Source of the DNA: Eledone cirrhosa
Lineage: Eukaryota
DNA: 64,000 bases
NCBI GenBank assembly: GCA_964016885.1
Contig: OZ024741.1
Coordinates: 399,838,001 to 399,902,000, forward strand
Reading direction: 5' to 3'
Made by a program: the position numbers and the translations under genes
Part shown: positions 13,301 to 26,644 of the stretch, piece by piece
How positions within the stretch are numbered: the stretch's first letter is position 1
Layout: each line of letters begins with the position of its first letter
Notes under the pieces: generated by a model
Seen by the model: only the letters and a program-made list of their open reading frames with translations
What the model was told of the DNA's origin: nothing
The model's database searches: none

Positions 13301-16300
13301 ATTATTGTCAGAAACTCCTGTCTTACCTCCACTACATGTTATTGTACATCTGGCACCACCTATATGGTACACATTACTATCAGAAACTCCTGTCTCACCT
13401 CCACTACATGTTATTGTACATCTGGCACCACCTATTTGGTACACATTACTGTCAGAAACTCCTGTCTCACCTCCACCACATGTTATTGTACATCTGGCAC
13501 CACCTATATGGTACACATTATTGTCAGAAACTCCTGTCTCACCTCCACCACATGTTATTGTACATCTGGCACCACCTATATGGTACACATTATTGTCAGA
13601 AACTCTTGTCTCACCTCCACCACATGTTATTGTACATCTGGCACCTCCTATAAGGTAGACATTACTGTTAGAAACTCCTGTCTCAACTCCACCGCATGTT
13701 ATTGTACATCTGGCATCTCCTATATGGTACACATTACTATCAGAAACTCCTGTCTCACCTCCACTACATGTTATTGTACATCTGGCACCACCTATATGGT
13801 ACACATTATTGTCAGAAACTCTTGTCTCACCTCCACCACATGTTATTGTACATCTGGCATCTCCTATATGGTACACATTACTGTCAGAAACTCCTGTCTC
13901 ACCTCCACCACATGTTATTGTACATCTGGCATCTCCTATATGGTACACATTACTGTCAGAAACTCCTGTCTCACCTCCACCACATGTTATTGTACATCTG
14001 GCATCACCTATATGGTACACATTACTGTCAGAAACTCCTGTCTTACCTCCACTACATGTTATTGTACATCTGGCACCACCTATATGGTACACATTATTGT
14101 CAGAAACTCCTGTCTCACCTCCACTACATATTATTGTACATCTGGCACCACCTATATGGTACACATTACTATCAGAAGCTCCTGTCTCACCTCCACTACA
14201 TGTTATTGTACATCTGGCACCACCTATATGGTACACATTACTGTCAGAAACTCCTGTCTCACCTCCACTACATGTTATTGTACATCTGGCACCACCTATA
14301 TGGTACACATTACTGTCAGAAACTCCTGTCTCACCTCCACCACATGTTATTGTACATCTGGCACCACCTATATGGTACACATTATTGTCAGAAACTCCTG
14401 TCTCACCTCCACCACATGTTATTGTACATCTGGCACCACCTATATGGTACACATTACTGTCAGAAACTCCTGTCTCACCTCCACCACATGTTATTGTACA
14501 TCTGGCACCACCTATATGGTACACATTATTGTCAGAAACTCCTGTCTTACCTCCACTACATGTTATTGTACATCTGGCACCACCTATATGGTACACATTA
14601 CTATCAGAAACTCCTGTCTCACCTCCACTACATGTTATTGTACATCTGGCACCACCTATATGGTACACATTACTGTCAGAAACTCCTGTCTCACCTCCAC
14701 CACATGTTATTGTACATCTGGCACCACCTATATGGTACACCTTATTGTCAGAAACTCCTGTCTCACCTCCACCACATGTTATTGTACATCTGGCACCACC
14801 TATATGGTACACATTACTGTCAGAAACTCCTGTCTCACCTCCACCACATGTTATTGTACATCTGGCACCACCTATATGGTACACATTATTGTCAGAAACT
14901 CCTGTCTTACCTCCACTACATGTTATTGTACATCTGGCACCACCTATATGGTACACATTACTATCAGAAACTCCTGTCTCACCTCCACTACATGTTATTG
15001 TACATCTGGCACCACCTATATGGTACACATTATTGTCAGAAACTCTTGTCTCACCTCCACCACATGTTATTGTACATCTGGCATCTCCTATATGGTATAC
15101 ATTACTGTCAGAAACTCCTGTCTCACCTCCACCACATGTTATTGTACATCTGGCATCTCCTATATGGTACACATTACTGTCAGAAACTCCTGTCTCACCT
15201 CCACCACATGTTATTGTACATCTGGCATCACCTATATGGTACACATTACTGTCAGAAACTCCTGTCTTACCTCCACTACATGTTATTGTACATCTGGCAC
15301 CACCTATATGGTACACATTATTGTCAGAAACTCCTGTCTCACCTCCACTACATATTATTGTACATCTGGCACCACCTATATGGTACACATTACTATCAGA
15401 AGCTCCTGTCTCACCTCCACTACATGTTATTGTACATCTGGCACCACCTATATGGTACACATTACTGTCAGAAACTCCTGTCTCACCTCCACTACATGTT
15501 ATTGTACATCTGGCACCACCTATATGGTACACATTACTGTCAGAAACTCCTGTCTCACCTCCACCACATGTTATTGTACATCTGGCACCACCTATATGGT
15601 ACACATTATTGTCAGAAACTCCTGTCTCACCTCCACCACATGTTATTGTACATCTGGCACCACCTATATGGTACACATTACTGTCAGAAACTCCTGTCTC
15701 ACCTCCACCACATGTTATTGTACATCTGGCACCACCTATATGGTACACATTATTGTCAGAAACTCCTGTCTTACCTACACTACATGTTATTGTACATCTG
15801 GCACCACCTATATGGTACACATTACTATCAGAAACTCCTGTCTCACCTCCACTACATGTTATTGTACATCTGGCACCACCTATATGGTACACATTACTGT
15901 CAGAAACTCCTGTCTCACCTCCACCACATGTTATTGTACATCTGGCACCACCTATATGGTACACATTATTGTCAGAAACTCCTGTCTCACCTCCACCACA
16001 TGTTATTGTACATCTGGCACCACCTATATGGTACACATTACTGTCAGAAACTCCTGTCTCACCTCCACCACATGTTATTGTACATCTGGCACCACCTATA
16101 TGGTACACATTATTGTCAGAAACTCCTGTCTTACCTCCACTACATGTTATTGTACATCTGGCACCACCTATATGGTACACATTACTATCAGAAACTCCTG
16201 TCTCACCTCCACTACATGTTATTGTACATCTGGCACCACCTATATGGTACACATTACTGTCAGAAACTCCTGTCTCACCTCCACCACATGTTATTGTACA

Positions 16301-16908
16301 TCTGGCACCACCTATATGGTACACATTACTGTCAGAAACTCCTGTCTCACCTCCACCACATGTTATTGTACATCTGGCACCACCTATATGGTACACATTA
16401 TTGTCAGAAACTCCTGTCTTACCTCCACTACATGTTATTGTACATCTGGCACCACCTATATGGTACACATTACTATCAGAAACTCCTGTCTCACCTCCAC
16501 TACATGTTATTGTACATCTGGCACCACCTATATGGTACACATTACTGTCAGAAACTCCTGTCTCACCTCCACCACATGTTATTGTACATCTGGCACCACC
16601 TATATGGTACACATTATTGTCAGAAACTCCTGTCTCACCTCCACCACATGTTATTGTACATCTGGCACCACCTATATGGTACACATTATTGTCAGAAACT
16701 CCTGTCTCACCTCCACCACATGTTATTGTACATCTGGCACCACCTATATGGTACACATTACTGTCAGAAACTCCTGTCTCACCTCCACCACATGTTATTG
16801 TACATCTGGCACCACCTATATGGTACACATTATTGTCAGAAACTCCTGTCTCACCTCCACCACATGTTATTGTACATCTGGCACCACCTATATGGTACAC
16901 ATTACTGT
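10333..16908. repeat. 72-bp satellite, ~91 units, with higher-order structure
   Basis: Unit ggtacacattactgtcagaaactcctgtctcacctccaccacatgttattgtacatctggcaccacctatat; no indels seen. Confidence 0.97.
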
Positions 16909-17225
16909 GCAACAATAAAGAAAGTTATTGGAATCCAGTCTTCTCATGTTATCATTGAAGTATTTAATTCTATTCCTGTACCACCCACAATATACCACAT
17001 CTATGATGGAAGATATGCATGATGTTGAGTGCCTTTTACTTATTACACCAAAGTCTGTTGATCAGAATGACTGGATCACAAACCAAGCTACCTATTATTT
17101 AAACAATACAATGTAAAGGATTTATATATAGAAGTTTATCCCGGGTTCAATCGGGAGTAACCACAGTAAGTAAGGTACTCAATACAAAGCAGAGTATAAA
17201 TATTTAATATATAATATAGAAAGAC

Positions 17226-17318
17226 TTCTACAGGACCAGAACTGTTTCATTCCGGAGAAATCACCAGAAGCTTCCTGATGATTTCTCCGGAATGAAACTG
17301 TTCTAGTCCTGTAGAACC
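17226..17318. repeat. Near-perfect palindrome with a degenerate CTGATGA..GAAAC core
   Basis: Arms centred on GAAGCTTC. Confidence 0.6.
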
Positions 17319-17690
17319 CTTTCTACATTAAATATATATATATGAGTGTGTGTGTATGTGTGCATGTATATATAAGCACATGGCTTTGTAGTCTGTGCAT
17401 GAGTTCATGAGTTCGATTCCTGGCGATTCATTGTGTCCTTCAGCAAGACACTTTATTTCATGTTGCTCCAGTCCACTCAGCTGATAAAAATGAGTTGTAC
17501 CTGTAATTCGAAGGACCAGCCTTGTCATGCCGAGTCTCCCTGAGAACTACATAATGGGTACACGTGTCTGTGGAATGTCCAGCCAATTTCACATTAATTT
17601 CACGAGGTATGGCACAACCAACTTGCCAGACATATCTCATAACATGGACGACCCAGCTAACCGAAGTAACCATGGAAACATAGACATTAA

Positions 17691-17913
17691 CACTTTTGTA
17701 GTTAAACCAGCCATATCCAGCCAGAATTCTCTCACCTCTCTCTCTGTTCAAACCAGCTGTAACTGGCCGCTTATACTGATGTTAAGGTATTGTTCTCAAA
17801 ATAAATAACATCAAAATCTCGTATATTCGATATTATGTGAGATAATAATGTAAGATAAAGCCTTTACTACAAAAATACAATAGTATATATAGAGTAATGT
17901 AAATGGTAAAGGG
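17691..17913. mobile_element. Same piggyBac-like MITE, unexpanded, ~30 nt from the exon 12 donor
   Basis: TTAA at both flanks; internal sequence shared with the 28338 and 32047 copies. Confidence 0.75.
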
Positions 17914-17945
17914 TTAAACGATGATGATATATATATATAACTTAC

Positions 17946-18056
17946 TTCAGCACAAGACTCCAAGTTGCAAACATTTATACATTCTAATGTACAGTTGTAG
18001 CCATAAACACATTGTTTGGTGCATTCTCCACCTTTCACTATAAATTTCTCGTGTGG
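17946..18056 (-). CDS. Exon 12; VWC-like first half
   Basis: cacag/gtaagt; PHEKFIVKGGECTKQCVYGYNCTLECINVCNLESCAE; 111 nt, phase 0 to 0. Confidence 0.85.
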
Positions 18057-18379
18057 CTGTGTATAAATAGATAGAAAGAAAATATATGTAGTTTATATAT
18101 ATATATATATATAAATATATATATATAGTAGTAATAATAAATGTGAAGACTAAAATCCAAAGAGGGCTCAATAAGGATAAATATATATCAAATATATAAG
18201 AACCCTAGAGCAAATATTTATTAAAATAACAGATTAAAGCAGTGATTCTTTTCTTAAACTTTAATCTGTTATTTTAATAAATATATATATATATATATAT
18301 AACAAAGGAATTATGGTAAGGAAAAAGATGGACCATAACGCACCAGAGTACTCAATACTTAGAGTAGTAGAGTGGGTAA

Positions 18380-18493
18380 TAGGAAAAAGTATGACCCCGA
18401 CGGCAGAGCTGAAGCCGTTTCGACGGCTATTTCTGGACTACATGAAATAGCTGTCGAAACAGCTTGAGCTCTGCCGTCGGGGTCATACTTTTT

Positions 18494-18497
<4 letters not shown>
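18380..18497. repeat. ~55-bp-arm hairpin between (TA)n tracts
   Basis: taggaaaaagtatgaccccgacggcagagc ... gctctgccgtcggggtcatactttttccta. Confidence 0.75.
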
Positions 18498-18591
<94 letters not shown>

Positions 18592-18702
18592 GAGAGAGAG
18601 AATACACATTATAAATATAGAGTTATACAGAAAATATATGTAGTAAATATATAGATACATAGAATATATATGTATAAAATATATAGATATATAAAATATA
18701 TA

Positions 18703-18832
18703 CCATATTTCCCGGCGCCAAAGACGCTTCGTCCTCGAGGACGCACCCTAATTTTGACAACCAAGACACATGGTAGATTTTTTTAGACTTATTTTAAGAA
18801 AAAAATAGCGTCTTCGATGCCGGGAAATACGG
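18703..18832. mobile_element. pogo/Tigger-like MITE
   Basis: TA-CCATATTTCCCGGCGCCAAAGACGC ... GCGTCTTCGATGCCGGGAAATACGG-TA. Confidence 0.75.
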
Positions 18833-19039
18833 TAATATTAAATATATAGAATATATATGTAGTAAATATATTGATATATAGAGTGTATACATAGTTAATA
18901 TATAGACAGATAGAGTACATATGTATTAAATAAATAGATATATAGTGTATATATGTAGTAAATATATAGATATATAGTGTATATATGTATTAAATATATT
19001 GATATATGGAATATATGTAGTAAATATATAGAAAGAACC

Positions 19040-20032
19040 AGCCACAATTAAAATATTCTGGGTTAATATTACAATTTACTTTGAACGCCTTGCTTCCCTG
19101 GGCATAGATACATTGAAGCTCCAACGTCTGGCAACTGACTTGGTAAACACCCACAAAATTATTAACCATCTTGCCAACAACAACCCTGGGTACCTTTTTG
19201 ATTTCCATGTGTCTAACACACGTGGGCATGCATATAAAATCAGAAAACAACACAGCTCCCATGACTTTCAGAAACACTGCATCCTTTAAAACCTCCATGG
19301 AACAAACTACTTGCATCAGTTGTTAGCTGCTGGGACACTGCATCCTTTAAAACCTCCATAGACAAACTACCTGCATCAGTTGTTAGCTGTCGAGACACTA
19401 CATCCTTTAAAACCTCCATGGAACAAACTACCTGCATCAGTTATTAGCTGTCGAGACACTACATCCTTTAAAACCTCCATGGAACAAACTACCAGCATCA
19501 GTTATTAGCTGTCGAGACACTACATCCTTTAAAACCTCGATGAAACAAACTACCTGCATCAGTTGTTAGTTGTCGAGACACTGCATCCTTTAAAACCTCC
19601 ATGGAACAAACTACCTGCATCAGTTGTTAGCTGTCGAGACACTGCATCCTTTAAAACCTCCATGAAACAAACTACCAGCATCAGTTGTTAGCTGTCGAGA
19701 CACTACATCCTTTAAAACCTCCATGGAACAAACTAACTGCATCAGTTGTTAGCTGTCGAGACACTGCATCCTTTAAAACCTCCATGGAACAAACTACCTG
19801 CATCAGTTATTAACTGTCGAGACACTGCATCCTTTAAAACCTCCATGCTTCCTGAGATTCACCAACACTACACCTAATATTCCCCCTCCATACACACGCT
19901 CACATGTATATCATGACTCATACACTATTCACTTCCCTGACATTTGAATATTATTCTATGTACTATACATGCACCTTTGATGAGTTGTAGTGCACCTGAG
20001 CACTGTACACAATAATTTCATTATTATTATTC
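19040..20032 (+). mobile_element. CR1/L2-like LINE 3' end with an internal 61-bp tandem array (~9 copies)
   Basis: LE.QRLATDL..HKII and WNKLPASVVSCRDTASFKTSM C-terminal RT motifs; (ATT)n tail. Confidence 0.8.
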
Positions 20033-20304
20033 ATTATTCAGTATTGGTAGAGGGACTGACACCATGCTTTGCAGCATAGAGTTACGGCTCTTGCCATTCT
20101 GAGTTCAAATCTGCCGAGGTTAACTTTGCCTTTCATCCTTAAGGGGTCGATAAAATAAAGTACCAGTAATGTACTGGGTATTTGCTAGCCTTGTGCCAAA
20201 AGTAGAAACAATTATTATGATACAAGAAGATGTATAAATTTATGCATCCATTGTAAAATGAAAATCTCAGCAAAATAAATAAGAATTAATAGAAAGCAGC
20301 TTAC

Positions 20305-20411
20305 CTTGTATGGGTGATTCCCTTCCTCATCAGTACATACACAGGTGTCTTCCTTTACACAATGGCCAGTGGCATTATAGATCATACCTTCAATACACTG
20401 ACAGCAGTAAC
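20305..20411 (-). CDS. Exon 11; TIL second half
   Basis: ttctag/gtaagc; GYCCQCIEGMIYNATGHCVKEDTCVCTDEEGNHPYK; 107 nt, phase 1 to 0. Confidence 0.9.
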
Positions 20412-20614
20412 CTAGAAAATATGATAGATGAAGTTTTCATTTTGGCTACAGATGTATGATGGAATTATCAAAGAGGCTGTGAAGTTGTATTTTTTTAATT
20501 CCATGTATAAATATATTTCTCCCAAATGACTGACAGAATACACACGTGCTTTTTACAAAAAATGTTTTCCTTTCCTTCTTTTTCTCTCTATCTTTCTGTT
20601 TCATCTTTTATTTC

Positions 20615-21813
20615 CCTTTCGGAAACATTTTTTCACACTCAGAGTTGCTGAAGCATGGAACAAACTACTTGCATCAGTTGTTAGCTGCTGGGACACTGCA
20701 TCCTTTAAAACCTCCATGGAACAAACTACCTGCATCACTTGTTAGCTGTCGAGACATTGCATCCTTTAAAACCTCCATGGAACAAACTACCTGCATCACT
20801 TGTTAGCTGTCGAGACATTGCATCCTTTAAAACCTCCATGGAACAAACTACCTGCATCACTTGTTAGCTGTCGAGACACTGCATCCTTTAAAACCTCCAT
20901 GGAACAAACTACCTGCATCACTTGTTAGCTGTCGAGACATTGCATCCTTTAAAACCTCCATGGAACAAACTACCTGCATCACTTGTTAGCTGTCGAGACA
21001 CTGCATCCTTTAAAACCTCCATGGAACAAACTACCTGCATCACTTGTTAGCTGTCGAGACATTGCATCCTTTAAAACCTCCATGGAACAAACTACCTGCA
21101 TCACTTGTTAGCTGTCGAGACATTGCATCCTTTAAAACCTCCATGGAACAAACTACCTGCATCAGTTGTTAGTTGTCGAGACACTGCATCCTTTAAAACC
21201 TCCATGGAACAAACTACCTGCATCAGTTGTTAGTTGTCGAGACACTGCATCCTTTAAAACCTCCATGGAACAAACTACCTGCATCACTTGTTAACTGTCG
21301 AGACACTGCATCCTTTAAAACCTCCATGGAACAAACTACCTGCATCAGTTGTTAGTTGTCGAGACACTGCATCCTTTAAAACCTCCATGGAACAAACTAC
21401 CTGCATCAGTTGTTAGTTGTCGAGACACTGCATCCTTTAAAACCTCCATGGAACAAACTACCTGCATCACTTGTTAACTGTCGAGACACTGCATCCTTTA
21501 AAACCTCCATGGAACAAACTACCTGCATCAGTTGTTAGTTGTCGAGACACTGCATCCTTTAAAACCTCCATGGAACAAACTACCTGCATCACTTGTTAGT
21601 TGTCGAGACACTGCATCCTTTAAAACATCCATGTTTCCTGAGATTTGCCAACACTACACCTGATATCCCCCCTCCATACACACGCACACATGTATTTCAT
21701 GACTCATACACTGTTCATTTTCCTAACATTTGAACATTATTCTATGTACTATACATGCACCTTTGATGAGTTGTAGTGCACCTGATAATTGTACACAATA
21801 ATTTCATTATTAA

Positions 21814-21860
<47 letters not shown>
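20615..21860 (+). mobile_element. Second copy of the same LINE 3' end with ~16 x 61-bp units
   Basis: HFFTLRVAEAWNKL.. followed by the array, the same 3' UTR and an (ATT)n tail. Confidence 0.82.
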
Positions 21861-22297
21861 GATGGTTCATCTGTGTCTCTAAAGTCTAAAGTCTCTCTCA
21901 AGACCAGAGACTCATCCAGTCCAGTGTTTATTCTGGTTTCCATGGTGTTAAGTTACTGAAAGTACAAAACTCTCCCCTGGACAGGACGCCAGACCATCAC
22001 AGGATTAAAGTCTGTCTCAAGCTTAGAGATTCATCAGGCCAGTGCTTGTCTCTATATCCATGGCATTAAGTAACTGAGAATACAATATTCCCCTGGACAG
22101 GACACCAAATACATTGCAGGTTTAAACTGCCAGCTACTATTCATACTCATTTTCAGCTGAGTATACTGGAGCAACGTGAAATAAAGTGTTTTGTTCAAGA
22201 ACACAACATATAACCCAGTTCAGGAATCGAACCCATGTTATGATCAAAAGTCCAACTCCCTTGCCACCCTATTTTCCCTTTGACGTGATATATGCTT

Positions 22298-22480
22298 ACT
22301 TTGAGACCACTATTCTCACCTTGAAATAACTATTTTCACTTTGAAATCACTATTCTCACATTGAAATCACTATTCTCACTTTGAGATCACTATTCTCACT
22401 TTGAGATCACTATTCTCACTTTGAGTCCACCATTCTCACTTTGAGATCATTATTCACACTTTGAGACCACTTTTCTCATC
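22298..22480. repeat. 20-bp minisatellite just downstream of exon 10
   Basis: tttgagatcactattctcac about 8-9 times. Confidence 0.85.
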
Positions 22481-22505
22481 TTAAAACAAAACAGAGTTAA
22501 AATAC

Positions 22506-22809
22506 CTGAGCTGTCGATTTGCTCTACTTTCACTTGACATTTTCGTCCAGCAAGAATATCTTGACATGTTGGTGTACAGCGACATATGTCATGAATTTCA
22601 TTTGGTTTGTCACAAATGGAAGGTGTTGTTGATAACAGTGAAGAAGTCGGCATTAATTGTGTAGTCAATGGAGTTTGTTCGCAACCATTCAGAATTAGTT
22701 GGACAGTATATAACTTCTCAGTACTAACCAAAGGTTTCAAGAGAATAATTTTCAAAGCTCTGATGAAGGTTTTCGGGGGAAATGCATACAGTGTATTTCC
22801 ATCAAAATA
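22506..22809 (-). CDS. Exon 10; discoidin C-terminus, PTS linker, TIL start
   Basis: ttgcag/gtattt; YFDGNTLYAFPPKTFIRALKI...LILNGCEQTPLTT...CDKPNEIHDICRCTPTCQDILAGRKC; 304 nt, phase 0 to 1. Confidence 0.88.
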
Positions 22810-23702
22810 CTGCAAATATCAAAATTGTAATAATTTAGTTAAATTGACAAAAAAAATCAGAGTACAATCACGAATACAAGTGGCCGAAATGAGGTTCCTC
22901 CGAAGGGTCTTTGGAGTGATGTTACTTGCTAGAATGCATAGCTCAGAGATCAAAGAGTCACTCCAAACACTCCTTGTTTCCGGGGGTACCAGAGGACACT
23001 TTTTCAAACGTCTATATTTTATTTTTTGTTTATTTGATATAATAAATTCTTTTTAAGTTTATTTTTTTATATCTGAACTTCATTTGAATATATAAAATTT
23101 AATTAGCGTAAAATATTACTTTTGTGATAGGGTCCGGGAAAGGTACCATAAGTAATACTAACATGCTCCTTTAAGAACCAACAAATGTTGGTTTGTGCCC
23201 CTCACATTTTTAAGGCTACTTCTTTAAATTAGGAAATCACAGCTCCAATATAATAGGTATGTGGTTAGAATGTCTCAGGAAAGAACTGTTGAAGTCACTC
23301 CAGGTAGAGCCACTATATCTCTGAATTAGGAAATCACAGCTCCGATACTATGGACGTGTGGTTAAAATGTCTCAAGAAAGAATTGCTGGACAGATTTTAT
23401 GGGCAAAACCAGCCAGCAGGAGACCCTAACCATGATTGTTGGATAACATCCATGACCTTGGTGATGCTTGGGATCCAGCTGGATCAATTGGAGATGGTTG
23501 CCTCTGACAGGACTATGAAGAATAAGTATGAAAAATGGGTTTTTACAATGGAGGCAAGATGGGTCTGCTGACCATGTCTTGCTCATATAGGACTGTTTCT
23601 GGCTAGATTTCTATGGCTGGATTCCCTTCCTGACACCAACCACATTTACAGTGTGTGGTGGGTGTTTTTAGTCAGGTCTCCTACACAACCACTTTACAGT
23701 GT

Positions 23703-23818
<116 letters not shown>

Positions 23819-23939
23819 TATATACATATATATATACACATATATATATACATATATATGTACACATATATATATACATATATATATATACACATATATA
23901 TATATACATATATATATATATACACATATATATATATAC

Positions 23940-24017
<78 letters not shown>

Positions 24018-24027
24018 ATATATATAT

Positions 24028-24443
24028 ATTGTTATACTTTGGGAGGGTCATGTTGCCAATAAGAAACACACGCACCAGCTGCTTTCACTTCAATTTATTA
24101 TAATAAATTTATAAATTTAGGAATTTATAAATTTCCGGTTGGTTGGTTCCACAACCAGATGGTTGTTTATATATTGTCGAAGTTCTTTCGTCACACATTC
24201 TGTGACCTCTTCAGTGACTGGGGATTCTTTTCTTTGTTTTTGTGCCTCTCCTTTGTTCTGTCCTACGCCATCTTGTTTAAGAACTTTGACAATATACAAA
24301 CAACCATCTGGTTGTGGAACCAACCAACCAACCGGAAATTTATAAATTCCTAAATTTATAAATTTATTATAATAAATTGAAGTGAAAGCAACTGGTGCGT
24401 GTGTTTCTTATTGGCAACATGACCCTCCCAAAGTATAACAATA
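24028..24443. mobile_element. Inverted-repeat element (~160-bp arms), probable Penelope-like remnant
   Basis: 24028-24187 is the near-perfect reverse complement of 24280-24443; flanked by (TA)n; hammerhead at the arm/loop boundary. Confidence 0.7.
24176..24218 (-). ncRNA. Hammerhead motif in the loop of a long inverted repeat
   Basis: Minus strand GTCA-CTGAAGA-g-GTCACA gaatg TGTGAC-GAAA-GAACTT-CGAC; the opposite arm reads TGAC, which restores stem I. Confidence 0.6.
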
Positions 24444-24889
24444 TCGGTTTCAACACACGTTTTCAGATAAAGAATCTTGCTAAACAAATTCAGAAACGAA
24501 ATATATATATATGTATATACATATATACATATATATATAATATATATATATATATTGTTATACTTGGGGAGGGTCATATTGTTATAATATTGCCAGAAAT
24601 AATAACAGATCACACTCACTGTATATATATATATATATAGAGACATTTAGTGATGGTGTATAGCTGAATCTCAGATATATTCAGAATACTTTGATCGAGC
24701 TGGTAAAGGTTGTTTACATTATTTCTATTGGAAATGAATGTAAGAAAATGTTTCATTATGTAACATGCAAAGCATGTTGTTAGCTCTACCGATACTGCTA
24801 ATCCACTGCCCTTCAGGGACAAAGCAATATCAACAACAAACAAACAAGTTTTCAAGAATTATGGTAATATACAATGAAAGGTAACTCAC

Positions 24890-25185
24890 GGATTCATTTG
24901 AATTCTGATTTACAGGAGTCCATTCTTCGTTAGATTTAGTCTTTGTAAAAACTGCATATTTCTCAGCATTTGTCACAAGTTTCTGGCTAAGTACTTCAAC
25001 AAACATTTCATTATCTTTAGACATAGTGACAACAAGTGATGGCTGTAGTAATAAATCAACAGGAACAGCCCAACCAGGTCTGTTAATTCTAGCATCAAAG
25101 GGTGTACCTACATCTTGTGGGTACCCTTGTATTTGATCATCCTTTATCAGATTCTCCGATGACATCCAATCAACCATGACACATT
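24890..25185 (-). CDS. Exon 9; F5/8 type C (discoidin)-like N-terminal part
   Basis: ttgtag/gtgagt; ECVMVDWMSSENLIKDDQIQGYPQDVGTPFDARINRPGWAVP...NSNES, matching the I.D.QI...P..ARLN..GW discoidin pattern; 296 nt, phase 1 to 0. Confidence 0.88.
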
Positions 25186-26045
25186 CTACAAATGAGAAGA
25201 CACATGCACAGATAAGAAAGAAGAATTGCTGTTAGGGTCTGGTAAATCAGGGTCATAACTAGGGATAATAGTGCCTATCGCAAGCAGTAAAATTGTACCC
25301 CTGCTCAAACATCTGACACCATTCTTTCAGATAACCATAAAATCAGCTCAAAAATACCAATTGCGTTCAATATTTTTTTAATTGAAAACAATACATGAAA
25401 ATTACAACAGCATCTTTGTTGTTTTTACTGATGTAAATTTGTTTATGATGTGGTCAAGTTAGTTTATTTCAGTTCCTTCTCTTTCTACACACAGAAGACA
25501 TCACAGACTCTTTACAAAGTGCAAGATCCTTTATACCTAAGTATACACAAAGTATTTGCAAAAGTTAAAGGGTGTAATCTGTGCTATGCTGATCTTTGAC
25601 AAATATTAGATCCTATTGAAATATTTGACAAGTCATACTATGAACTATGCCTGTATAGTCATGTAGTTCCTAGCACTATTTTTACCTATGGAGGCCTAAT
25701 AATTTATATAAATGGTTTAAACATCCAGTCACCATGGTGTTTCTTCACACCTATGATAACAAAGACAGATCATACAGCTGAAGAAGTATCTTTTCTTATT
25801 CACTGACGATAGCTTATATGACTTTAATAGAAACTGCTCCTCATCCAAATGACACCCCACCTTCAACTGGTGCCCATAACATGTACCATGCTTGCCATAC
25901 CCTAGTTATTCCTCTTGGTACAGCTAAATACTGTCAGTACTATTCTAAAGAAGACATTAAACAGTGAGATCCCCTGGAACAAGTAAAAGAGTCAACAAAG
26001 TTATATTTTTTAAATCAATTTAAACAGGAAAAAATCCAATCAAAC

Positions 26046-26205
26046 CTTGAACTGTTGTAGCTACTGTTGCAATGGAAGGAAGGATTGTAGTTGTTGTTCC
26101 ATTTAGTGTAACAAATGTAGTTGTTGTTGTTATATAAGGTGATGTAGCAGTTACTGGCACACACTCAGGGCAACATTTTCCAGCAGGGGTCATCAACTCC
26201 AATCC
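26046..26205 (-). CDS. Exon 8; VWC end (CCPEC) plus Thr-rich linker
   Basis: tatag/gtttga; GLELMTPAGKCCPECVPVTATSPYITTTTT...TTVQ; 160 nt, phase 0 to 1. Confidence 0.88.
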
Positions 26206-26606
26206 CTATAAATATGTAGTAAACTACTTTTAGTCCTTGTTAGGAGATTACAAAACACAAGACAATAAACTATTGTAAACTGTAATAAAAGAGAAAATAC
26301 CAGGGGACTAATGACCCTAAATGATCTTTTTCTTTGCCCACTTATTCCTAAGAGGGTCATGGAGGCAGTTCTCAAACACTCCTTCCAGCAGGTCCTGTCA
26401 GAAGCAACCTTCTCCAACTGGTCCATCTGGATCCCCAAGCAAAACTAGCCAAGCACATGAATGTTATCCAAACACTTTGCTTGGAGTTTACCCCTTGGTC
26501 TTCTGTCGGTTGGTTTTGCCTTGTTATGTCAAAATGAGGAAAATACAAGATGATGTTGTTTAATTCCATTATACGGAACAGCTGTTCCGTATAACCATGT
26601 CCATTG

Positions 26607-26644
26607 CGAGCTCAGGATCCGCTAAGGTGAAACAATTGTTCTCG
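26607..26644 (+). ncRNA. Inactivated hammerhead motif (G5 to C)
   Basis: CGAG-CTCAGGA-tCC gctaa GGt-GAAACAATTGT-T-CTCG; stem I and palindromic stem III intact, core mutated. Confidence 0.5.

Noticed and set aside
10333-16908. CRISPR-like array
   Set aside because: Head-to-tail identical units with no unique spacers, no cas genes, eukaryotic context; the same holds for all other arrays.
26570-26593. Perfect 24-bp palindrome tatacggaacagctgttccgtata
   Set aside because: Real, but most simply part of the adjacent decayed ribozyme-bearing element; no independent function can be supported.
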